Positions 35,116-42,217 are shown, counted from the stretch's first letter. The stretch is DNA of 64,000 nucleotides from Piscinibacter sp. (GCA_044223035.1 JBGAMJ010000013.1:1253-65252); one strand, 5' to 3'. Notes: a model not told the origin generated them from the sequence alone. Program-made: numbers and translations.

Positions 35116-35564
35116 CCGCCGCGCCGCCGCGATGGCTGGCAGGGGCAGGCCCGACGCCGCATGGCGACGCGCGGCCGAACCGGCGCGCAAGTGGCCCGCT
35201 CGACAGCCGCACGCAGCACCGGGTCGGTCACCTGCTCGGCCAGTGCCTGGCGCATGCACAGCATCCATTCGTCGCGTTCCACCGTGCCGATCGCATATGG
35301 CGCGTGCCGCATGCGCAGCCGGGGATGGCCTCGCTCCTGGATGTACAGCGGCGGCCCGCCGAACCAGCCGCTCAGGTACTTGAAGAGGCTGTCGGCGCTG
35401 CCGGCCAGGCTCTCGGGGTGCAACTGGCGCACGGTGTAGGCCTCGGGCAACTCGTCCATCAGCGGGTAGAAGCGGTCCACCAGGGAGCGGACGGCCGACG
35501 CGCCGCCCAGGCGGACGTAGACGCTGTCGGTCGCGACAGCGGGGGACTCCAGGGTTTTGGTCAT
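35031..35564 (-). CDS. group II truncated haemoglobin (GlbO type) with an aberrant extended C-terminus
   Basis: VYVRLGGASAVRSLVDRFY..., ...YLSGWFGGPPLYIQERGHPRLRMRHAPYAIG..ERDEWMLCM... is a clear trHbO match. After ...LRAAVERA the sequence becomes Arg/Pro-rich and runs about 40 codons longer than usual. Confidence 0.75.
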   Translation of the reverse strand: MTKTLESPAVATDSVYVRLGGASAVRSLVDRFYPLMDELPEAYTVRQLHPESLAGSADSLFKYLSGWFGGPPLYIQERGHPRLRMRHAPYAIGTVERDEWMLCMRQALAEQVTDPVLRAAVERATCAPVRPRVAMRRRACPCQPSRRRGGAADDRGIPTHRRLPAALGRRCRADRPR

Positions 35565-35595
35565 GGTGTGCAGGGCTTTCAGGTTCAGCGGTACG

Positions 35596-36741
35596 TCAGC
35601 GGTACTGACGCAGGTAGTTCCACTCGAAGCCGCGTTTGGCCCAATGGAGCAAGCGTGTGGACGGCAGCAGCCAGTTGCGATCCGGCGTGCGCCAGATCAG
35701 CGTGCCGTGGTCGATGGCGTCGACGATGCAGATGAGCTCGACCTTGAAAGTGGCGTTGGCGGCGCGGCCTAGCAGGTCGGCGAGCAGGTTCTCGGCCGCG
35801 GCCGCCGCCTGCAGGTCGGCCATGTGCGCCTGCTTGGGCATCCAGTCGGGGCCTGGGAAGCTGCCCGAATCGCCCACCACATAGGTGCGCTCGGCGCCCG
35901 GAACGCGGCAGTGCACATCGGCCTGCAGCAGGCCGCCCGGCGAGCGTGGCAGCTCGGTGGAATCGAACCAGGCATTGCCGGTCATGCCGGGCATGAAGAG
36001 GATCAGGTCGGCGGCGAACTCGCCGCCCTCGGTCACGACCTTGTCGGCCTCGAATCGCTTGAGCTTGTGGCCCAAGTGGGTGCGGATGCCGCGCCGCGCC
36101 ATCTCGCCCAGCAGGTGCTTCACCGCCTTCGGCCCCAGGCGGTTGCCGGGTTCGGTGCTCGGGTTGAAAAAGACGACCTCGAAACGTTCTCGCCGACCCT
36201 CGCGCTTGAGTTGTTCGTCGATGCCGAAGAGGAACTCGAACATCGGCCCGCCGCGCACCGCGGTGGGCTCGTTCGGGTTGCCGGCGAAGCCAACGGCGAT
36301 CGTGCCGCCCTGCATCTCGCGCAGGCGGTCGCGGATGCGCTCGGCGGCCGTGATGCCTTCGCAAGGCGTGATGGCGTGTTCGATGCCCGGCAGCTTCTTG
36401 ATGAAGCGGCCACCGGTGGCGATGACCAGGGCGTCGTTGGCCACGTCGCCTTGGGTGGTGTGTACCGTGCGCCCACCATCGGCCAGCCCAGTGACTTCGG
36501 CCGGGTGGAACTCCACATCCATGCGCCGCAGGAAGTTGTCCAGCGGCACCACCAGGTCGGCGCGCGTGCGCAGGCCGCTGGGAATCCAGATGATGCCAGG
36601 CAGGTAGTGCAACTCGGCGCGCGGTGCCACCAGCGTGATGCGCGCGGCGGGATCGCGGCGACGCAGTTCGCGCACCGTGGACAGAGCCCCGAAGCCTGCG
36701 CCCAGCACGGTGATGCGCGCCGGGTCTCGACCGGATGTCAT
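35596..36741 (-). CDS. FAD/NAD(P)-dependent oxidoreductase, SQR/NDH-2-like but lacking the SQR redox cysteines
   Basis: 381 aa from ATG 36741. Rossmann motif ITVLGAGFGALST, second dinucleotide fold IAVGFAG, and YVVGDSGSF. Colinear with the bona fide SQR at 52455. Confidence 0.8.
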   Translation of the reverse strand: MTSGRDPARITVLGAGFGALSTVRELRRRDPAARITLVAPRAELHYLPGIIWIPSGLRTRADLVVPLDNFLRRMDVEFHPAEVTGLADGGRTVHTTQGDVANDALVIATGGRFIKKLPGIEHAITPCEGITAAERIRDRLREMQGGTIAVGFAGNPNEPTAVRGGPMFEFLFGIDEQLKREGRRERFEVVFFNPSTEPGNRLGPKAVKHLLGEMARRGIRTHLGHKLKRFEADKVVTEGGEFAADLILFMPGMTGNAWFDSTELPRSPGGLLQADVHCRVPGAERTYVVGDSGSFPGPDWMPKQAHMADLQAAAAAENLLADLLGRAANATFKVELICIVDAIDHGTLIWRTPDRNWLLPSTRLLHWAKRGFEWNYLRQYR

Positions 36742-37166
36742 GCGGCACTCGCCGGCTGGCTCGCGGTGCCGTTGGCCAGCCGCGCCACCACCCGCTGCAG
36801 CGCTGCGGTCGCCAGCTCGCACGCGGCATGCACGACTTGGTTGTGGGTGGCTGCCGCGATGACGGCCGGGTCCTGCAGCGCGATGCGCGTCACACCCGGC
36901 CGTGCTTCGGCCACGCCGCAGCCGCATGGCAGCATCGCACCCATGTCGGGCTCGGCGCTCAGGATGGCGTGGGCCACCTTGGGGCTGCAGATGCCCAGCA
37001 GCTTCTGCGGATGGCTGTCCAGGCCCAGCTTGGCCTTCAGCGTGGCCTGCACGTCGACCTCGCTGACGATGCCCATCTGTTCGGCGGCGAGTGCCGCCCG
37101 CAGTGTCTCGATCGCGGCCGCCAGGGGCTGAGGCAGGTCAATGGTGAGGACGTAGGCGGTGGTCAT
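36738..37166 (-). CDS. DUF302 domain protein
   Basis: 142 aa: ...MGIVSEVDVQATLKAKLG...KLLGICSPKVAHAILSAEPDMGAMLPCG... matches the DUF302 pattern. ATGA overlap with the downstream oxidoreductase gene. Confidence 0.75.
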   Translation of the reverse strand: MTTAYVLTIDLPQPLAAAIETLRAALAAEQMGIVSEVDVQATLKAKLGLDSHPQKLLGICSPKVAHAILSAEPDMGAMLPCGCGVAEARPGVTRIALQDPAVIAAATHNQVVHAACELATAALQRVVARLANGTASQPASAA

Positions 37167-37200
37167 GGTCTCGGTTCTCGTTGTCGGGGTGAAGGTCGGG

Positions 37201-37830
37201 TCAGGAGGGTTCGGCTGCCGGCAGCTCACGTACCCGTGCCAGGAACTCATCGCGTGTGGCACCGCTGAACCAGGGGTGCCAACGGCGCTGCTCAAGCACG
37301 TTGGAAACGGCACGCGAGCGTTGGGCGTGGCCGGTGAACAGCAGCGTCTCGGATGGCCGTAGGAACACGTCGTTCACAACGCTGTCCCACAGGGCTTCGG
37401 GCAGGGCCGGGCGCGGCTGAAAGGGGCAGGCGTCCACGGCGAGGAGCCCGCCGCAGAACAGGCGGTCACGCCACAGGTAGCTCAGGCACCAGGCGGTGTG
37501 ACCCGGCGTGCGCAGCACCTGGACATGCTCGTTACCGAAGGTCAGGATGGAGTGCTCTGCCTCGGCCGCTGTCGCGGACGCGGGAAGGCTGTGCTGGATG
37601 CGGGGTGCACCCAGCGCGTCCAGCGCGGCGGCTTCACCCGCCAGCGGCGCGTCGTGCTCATGGGTGCGCAGCAGCCAGCGCAGGCGCAGCTGATGCTCGT
37701 CGAGCATGGTGCCGAGCAGGGGAACGTCAGCGCCGCGCGGGTCGATCAGCACGGCCTCACCGGCGTCGAGGTCGGCAAGCAGATAGCTCACCGCGCCGCT
37801 GCGTTCGTCGTGCAGGAGTCGGAAGTACAT
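37201..37830 (-). CDS. MBL-fold protein related to persulfide dioxygenases, with a degenerate metal-ligand set
   Basis: 209 aa: ...VLIDP..., LLRTHEHDAP (in place of THxHxDH), LRTPGHTAWC, LFCGGLL (in place of GD). The overall pattern parallels the PDO at 54076. Confidence 0.75.
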   Translation of the reverse strand: MYFRLLHDERSGAVSYLLADLDAGEAVLIDPRGADVPLLGTMLDEHQLRLRWLLRTHEHDAPLAGEAAALDALGAPRIQHSLPASATAAEAEHSILTFGNEHVQVLRTPGHTAWCLSYLWRDRLFCGGLLAVDACPFQPRPALPEALWDSVVNDVFLRPSETLLFTGHAQRSRAVSNVLEQRRWHPWFSGATRDEFLARVRELPAAEPS

Positions 37831-37852
37831 GGATCGCTCCTTCCGCAGTCGT

Positions 37853-38143
37853 TCAGTGCTGAAGCTTCAGCACGGCGGCCAGCAGCAGCGCGGCTGCGCA
37901 GGACCAGCCGGAGAACAGCGCACGCCAGACCCACAGCCGGGGCACGAAGCCCACGCCGCGCACGAAACCCGCACTCATGGCCCAGAACAGCGCCATGGCC
38001 AGGTTGTGGGCGGCCTTGCCGGCCGCATCGGCCATCAGTGGCGGATACAGCGTGCCGGCCACCATGATCACCAGCGCTGCCGTCAGGCTGGGCCACTGGA
38101 TGCGCGGCGGGGCAGGCGCGGCAGGCACCGTCGGGGTGTTCAT
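37853..38143 (-). CDS. ybgE: cyd operon protein YbgE
   Basis: 96 aa hydrophobic protein: ...ALFWAMSAGFVRGVGFVPRLWVWRALFSGW... resembles E. coli YbgE (WAVCAGVIHGVGFRP). ATGA overlap with cydX. Confidence 0.7.
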   Translation of the reverse strand: MNTPTVPAAPAPPRIQWPSLTAALVIMVAGTLYPPLMADAAGKAAHNLAMALFWAMSAGFVRGVGFVPRLWVWRALFSGWSCAAALLLAAVLKLQH

Positions 38144-38271
38144 TGCCGCGCTCCATCGTCGCCATCACGGCTGGCCTGGGCGCGAGCCGCTTCGTTCTCG
38201 CCCCACATGGCGTTCACGATTGCCAGCAAAACCGCGAAGCCGACACCGAGCATCCAGGCGAAGTACCACAT
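38140..38271 (-). CDS. cydX: cytochrome bd oxidase small subunit CydX (43 aa; too short for the ORF track)
   Basis: MWYFAWMLGVGFAVLLAIVNAMWGENEAARAQASRDGDDGARQ; the MWYFAW start is diagnostic of CydX. Confidence 0.8.
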   Translation of the reverse strand: MWYFAWMLGVGFAVLLAIVNAMWGENEAARAQASRDGDDGARQ

Positions 38272-38283
38272 GATTCAGATCTT

Positions 38284-38907
38284 TCAGGCTGCGGCGTCGT
38301 CGCCGATGAGGATCCGCGTGTCGCCCGCGTAGCGGTGCGGCGGGATCTCCAGGTTGGTCGGCGCCGGCTTGTTCCTGAACACCCGGCCGGCGCCGTCGAA
38401 GGTGGATCCATGGCAGGGGCAGAAGAAGCCGCCGGGCCAGTCTGCCGGCAGGCTGGGGTTGTTGCCGCCCTTGGGCGCGTCACTGGGCGAGCAGCCCAGG
38501 TGGGTGCAGATGCCGATGGCCACGAACACCTCGGGCTTGATGGCCCGCGCCGCGTTCCTGGCGTAGGCCGGTTGCCGCTCTTTCGTGGACTGCGGGTCCA
38601 CGAGCTCGGCGTCATGGCCTTGCAGCGCGGCCAGCATCTCCGGCGTGCGGCGCACCACCCAGACGGGCTTGCCGCGCCACTCCACGGTCTTCACGCCACC
38701 GGGAGGGATGTCGGAGATGTCCACTTCGACGGGGCCGCCGGCGGCCTTGGCCCGTTCGCTCGGCGCAAAGGTCGAGACGAAGGGAATGGCCGTGGCCAGG
38801 GCCGCGGCACCGCCGGCAGCGCCGGTGGCGATGAGCCACAGCCGCTTGTCCGGATCGTGCGCCGTTGCCTGGACGGACGGGCAGTTGATGGGCAGGGTGG
38901 GGTTCAT
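38284..38907 (-). CDS. bc1-type Rieske [2Fe-2S] subunit paralogue (PetA-like), orphan
   Basis: 207 aa from ATG 38907. PetA N-terminus (KRLWLIATGAAGGAAALATAIPFVSTFAPSERAKAAG) and Rieske boxes CTHLGCSP and CPCHGSTF. No cytochrome b or c1 gene lies nearby. Confidence 0.9.
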   Translation of the reverse strand: MNPTLPINCPSVQATAHDPDKRLWLIATGAAGGAAALATAIPFVSTFAPSERAKAAGGPVEVDISDIPPGGVKTVEWRGKPVWVVRRTPEMLAALQGHDAELVDPQSTKERQPAYARNAARAIKPEVFVAIGICTHLGCSPSDAPKGGNNPSLPADWPGGFFCPCHGSTFDGAGRVFRNKPAPTNLEIPPHRYAGDTRILIGDDAAA

Positions 38908-38939
38908 GGTCGGTTCCTCGTGGCAGGCTGAGCTTGGGA

Positions 38940-40079
38940 TCAATATGCCGTGTGTTCGTTGGCGCGTATGTGCGCCAGGGTGACCTTGCCGCGCATCACT
39001 CGGTAGGCCCAGGACGTGTAGAACACGATCAGCGGCATGAAGATCAGCGTGGCCCAGAACATCAGGCCCAGCGTCAGGTGGCTGGAGACGCTGTCCCACA
39101 CCGTCAGGCTGGCGTTGGGCTGGCTCGACGAGGGCATCACGAAGGGGAACATCGCCGCGCCGGCCGTGCCGATCACACCCACGATGGCCAGCGCCGAAGC
39201 CACGAAGGCGCTGAGCGTGCGGCCTGCCAGCACCAGGGCGGCAGCGGCCAGCGCGCCGGCAATGCCGAGTGCCGGCAGCGCCCACAACAGCGGCTGTTGG
39301 CGATAGTTGATCCACCAGCCATCGGCGCTGCGCGCCACGGTCTTGGCCAACGGGTCGGGCAGGGCACCCGGGTCGATGGCCGAGGTGATGACGAAACCCT
39401 CGATGCCACCGTACTTCAGCCACAGGCCGGCGCCGACGAAGGCCAGCACCATCAGCGCCGCCGCACCCACTGCGCCGCGGATTGCGCGCCCTTGGATGGC
39501 GCCCTCGGTGCGGTGCGCCAGGTACATGCCGCCGTGCATGGTGATCATCGCGCTGCTCACCACGCCGGCCAGCAGCGCAAACGGGTTGAGTAGCTGCCAG
39601 AACGTGCCGGTGTAGGTGCTGATCAGGTAGTCGTCGAAGCCAAAGGGCACGCCCTGCAGCAGGTTGCCGAAGGCCACGCCGAAGATCAGCGGTACGGCGC
39701 CGCCGACGAACAGGCCCCAGTCCCAGGTGCTGCGCCAGGTCGCGTTGTGGATCTTGCTGCGGTAGTCGAAGACCACCGGGCGGAAGAACAGCGCCCACAG
39801 CACGGCGAGCATGGCCCAGTAGAAGCCGCTGAAGGCCGTGGCATAGACCAGCGGCCAGGCGGCGAAGATGGCGCCGCCGCCGGTGATGAACCAGACCTGG
39901 TTGCCGTCCCAGTGCGGGCCGACGGTGTTGATGACGACACGGCGCTCGTCGTCACCCTTGCCGACGAAGGGCAGCAGGGTGCCCACGCCCATGTCGTGGC
40001 CGTCCATGATGGCGAAGCCGACGAGCAGCACACCCACCAGCAGCCACCAGATGATCTTGAGGGTCTGATAGTCGATCAT
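38940..40079 (-). CDS. cydB: cytochrome bd ubiquinol oxidase subunit II
   Basis: 379 aa: MIDYQTLKIIWWLLVGVLLVGFAIMDGHDMGVG..., ...GPHWDGNQVWFITGGGAIFAAWP... Confidence 0.95.
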   Translation of the reverse strand: MIDYQTLKIIWWLLVGVLLVGFAIMDGHDMGVGTLLPFVGKGDDERRVVINTVGPHWDGNQVWFITGGGAIFAAWPLVYATAFSGFYWAMLAVLWALFFRPVVFDYRSKIHNATWRSTWDWGLFVGGAVPLIFGVAFGNLLQGVPFGFDDYLISTYTGTFWQLLNPFALLAGVVSSAMITMHGGMYLAHRTEGAIQGRAIRGAVGAAALMVLAFVGAGLWLKYGGIEGFVITSAIDPGALPDPLAKTVARSADGWWINYRQQPLLWALPALGIAGALAAAALVLAGRTLSAFVASALAIVGVIGTAGAAMFPFVMPSSSQPNASLTVWDSVSSHLTLGLMFWATLIFMPLIVFYTSWAYRVMRGKVTLAHIRANEHTAY

Positions 40080-40096
40080 GATGTGTCTCGGTGAGC

Positions 40097-41653
40097 TCAG
40101 GCGTGCGCCGGTTCGAACTGGTAGCGGCCTGTGCCCAGGCTGCCGGGACCTTGCCTTGCGAACTTCTGCATCAGGTAGATCTCGACGATCAGCAGCACGG
40201 TGTAGAAGCCGATGAAGCCGGCCAGCGATCCGTACAGGCTGTTGACGCTGAGCGTGGACACGCTCATGTGCGTGGGCAGCACGCCGTAGATGGTCCAGGG
40301 CTGGCGGCCGTACTCGGCCACCACCCAGCCCAGTTCGCTGGCGATCCAGGGGGCGGGCAGCATCAGCACCGCCGCGCGCAGCAGCCACGGGCGGGCGCGG
40401 CACTCGCTCTTGAGCGTGCTCCAGAAGCTCAAGGCGAACAGCAGCAGCATCGCAAAGCCCAGGCCCACCATGATGCGGAAGCTCCAGAACATCGGCGTCA
40501 CCTTGGGCACGGTGTCGTGCATGGCGCGATCGATCATCTCGGGCGTGGCCTGGCGCACGTCGGTGGTGTACTTCTTCAGCAGCAGCCCGAAGCCGAGGTC
40601 GCCCTTGGTGGCTTCCAGCATGCGCTTGGCCTCTTCGTCGCCACGGTTCTTGCGCAGGGTTTCGAGCGCGGTGACGGCGGTGATGCCGTTGACGATGCGC
40701 TCGCGGTTCCTGGCCTTGATCTCGTGGATGCCGGGGATCTGCTTGCTGATCGAGCGCGTCCCGATCAGACCCATCACGTAGGGAACCTCGATCTCCCAGT
40801 CGTTTTCCTGGGCTTGTTCGTTGATGCCGGCGATCAGCTTCAGGCCGGCGGGTGCGGGCTCGGTCTCCCACATGGCTTCCAGCGCGGCCATCTTGGTCTG
40901 CTGGGCCTCGCCTACGGTGTAGCCGCTCTCGTCGCCAAGCACGATGACGCTCAGCACGCTGGCCAGGCCGAAGGCCGATGCCACGCGGAAGCTGCGCTTG
41001 GCGAACTCGACATCGCGGCCCTTGAGAAGGTACCAGCTCGACACCGACAGCACGAACATCGCGCCGGTCACATACCCGGCCGACACGGTGTGCACGAACT
41101 TGGCCTGCGCGTCGGGGTTGAACACCACCGCCCAGAAGTCCGTCATCTCCATGCGCATGGTCTGGTAGCTGAACTCGGCGCCCACCGGGTTTTGCATCCA
41201 GCCGTTGGCGATCAGGATCCACAGCGCACTGAGATTGGTGCCCACCGCCATCAGCGTGGTCACCATCAGGTGCTGGGTCTTCGTGAGCCGGTCCCAGCCG
41301 AAGAAGAACAGGCCGATGAAGGTGCTCTCCAGGAAGAAGGCCATCAAGCCCTCGATGGCGAGCGGCGCGCCGAAGATGTCGCCCACGTAGTGCGAGTAGT
41401 AGGCCCAGTTGGTGCCGAACTGGAACTCCAGCGTGATGCCGGTGGTGACGCCGAGGGCGAAGTTGATGCCGAAGAGCTTGCCCCAGAAGCGGGTCATGTC
41501 CTTCCAGATGACGTTGCCCGTCATCACATAGACGCTCTCCATGATGACCAGCAGCCACACCATGCCCAGCGTCAGCGGCACGAAGAGAAAGTGGTACATC
41601 GCCGTGGCGGCAAACTGCAGCCGCGACAGGTCGACGAGTTGTTCCGAAATCAA
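40097..41653 (-). CDS. cydA: cytochrome bd ubiquinol oxidase subunit I
   Basis: 518 aa from TTG 41653, with GGAG 8 nt upstream. (M)ISEQLVDLSRLQFAATAMYHFLFVPLTLG..., a Q-loop, and ...GWVVAEYGRQPW... Confidence 0.95.
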   Translation of the reverse strand: MISEQLVDLSRLQFAATAMYHFLFVPLTLGMVWLLVIMESVYVMTGNVIWKDMTRFWGKLFGINFALGVTTGITLEFQFGTNWAYYSHYVGDIFGAPLAIEGLMAFFLESTFIGLFFFGWDRLTKTQHLMVTTLMAVGTNLSALWILIANGWMQNPVGAEFSYQTMRMEMTDFWAVVFNPDAQAKFVHTVSAGYVTGAMFVLSVSSWYLLKGRDVEFAKRSFRVASAFGLASVLSVIVLGDESGYTVGEAQQTKMAALEAMWETEPAPAGLKLIAGINEQAQENDWEIEVPYVMGLIGTRSISKQIPGIHEIKARNRERIVNGITAVTALETLRKNRGDEEAKRMLEATKGDLGFGLLLKKYTTDVRQATPEMIDRAMHDTVPKVTPMFWSFRIMVGLGFAMLLLFALSFWSTLKSECRARPWLLRAAVLMLPAPWIASELGWVVAEYGRQPWTIYGVLPTHMSVSTLSVNSLYGSLAGFIGFYTVLLIVEIYLMQKFARQGPGSLGTGRYQFEPAHA

Positions 41654-41859
41654 GGTTGTGCTCCGCTTCTTGGGCTGACAGGGGCCGATGACAGGGGACG
41701 GGCGTCGACAACGGCGCCCAGATGGGCAGCGGCACGATCGGCATCGACGCCGACCCGTTCGTCTCGCACGAAGGCCCACCAGAGCCCGGTCAGCACCACG
41801 AGCTTCAGCGCGACGGTGATGACGAGGTGGCGGACGAGACGGTCCTGGGCGGCCTTCAT
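41650..41859 (-). CDS. cydP: CydP-like small membrane protein preceding cydA
   Basis: 69 aa: MKAAQDRLVRHLVITVALKLVVLTGLWWAFV... TTGA overlap with the cydA start. A paralogue at 55766-55945 has the same arrangement. Confidence 0.65.
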   Translation of the reverse strand: MKAAQDRLVRHLVITVALKLVVLTGLWWAFVRDERVGVDADRAAAHLGAVVDARPLSSAPVSPRSGAQP

Positions 41860-41907
41860 ACCCTAATAGGTATCAAGACGCATGCCACCCGAATGGCAGG
41901 CAAAGAG

Positions 41908-41921
41908 TTGTTTGAAATCAA
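41908..41921. promoter_or_regulatory. FNR/ANR-type box upstream of cydP
   Basis: TTGTT-TGAA-ATCAA matches TTGAT-N4-ATCAA in 9 of 10 positions. Its centre is about 55 bp upstream of the cydP ATG. Confidence 0.4.
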
Positions 41922-41963
41922 GAACTTGCAGCGCCAAAGTCGCCGGCACTGCCAAGCCGGCTC

Positions 41964-41979
41964 AGCACGGGCTATGCCA
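41964..41979 (-). promoter_or_regulatory. sigma-54-type promoter candidate facing the cyd cluster
   Basis: Minus strand reads TGGCATAGCCCGTGCT, with GG and GC at the canonical -24/-12 spacing (consensus TGGCAC-N5-TTGCW). It lies about 105 bp upstream of the cydP ATG. Confidence 0.4.
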
Positions 41980-41990
41980 GATTGGCGGCG

Positions 41991-42009
41991 AACTGCCAGA
42001 ATGGCAGTT
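41991..42009. promoter_or_regulatory. perfect 8-3-8 palindrome AACTGCCA-GAA-TGGCAGTT (regulator site candidate)
   Basis: One of three TGCCA-N3-6-TGGCA dyads in the cydP/rhodanese divergent region. The others are at 41883-41898 and 41975-41986. Confidence 0.4.
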
Positions 42010-42217
42010 GGATCGAGCGGCGGCGGGCTTTGGACTTCAGTCGACGCTTATATGCAGAATGGATTAATTGCCGTCGAGCGGATGACGCGAGACTTCGACA
42101 CGACGCCCGCTATCCAGGATTGCGACCGCATACACCGACACTGCCCACATGGACCTCCATTTCCCGACACACCCACCACCGCGCCAAGTCACCTGTTGCC
42201 AGCATCGTCGCGAGTGG

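Noticed and set aside
41872-41887. Second sigma-54-like match on the minus strand (TGGCATGCGTCTTGAT)
   Set aside because: The -12 element reads GA instead of the invariant GC, and the implied start site would fall on the cydP ATG itself.
41944-42016. Plus-strand sigma-54-like strings (CGGCACTGCCAAGCC, TGGCGGCGAACTGCC, TGGCAGTTGGATCGA) that could serve the rhodanese gene
   Set aside because: The GG-to-GC spacing is one base short in the first two, and the -12 GC is absent in the third. They were kept only as part of the TGCCA/TGGCA dyad observation.
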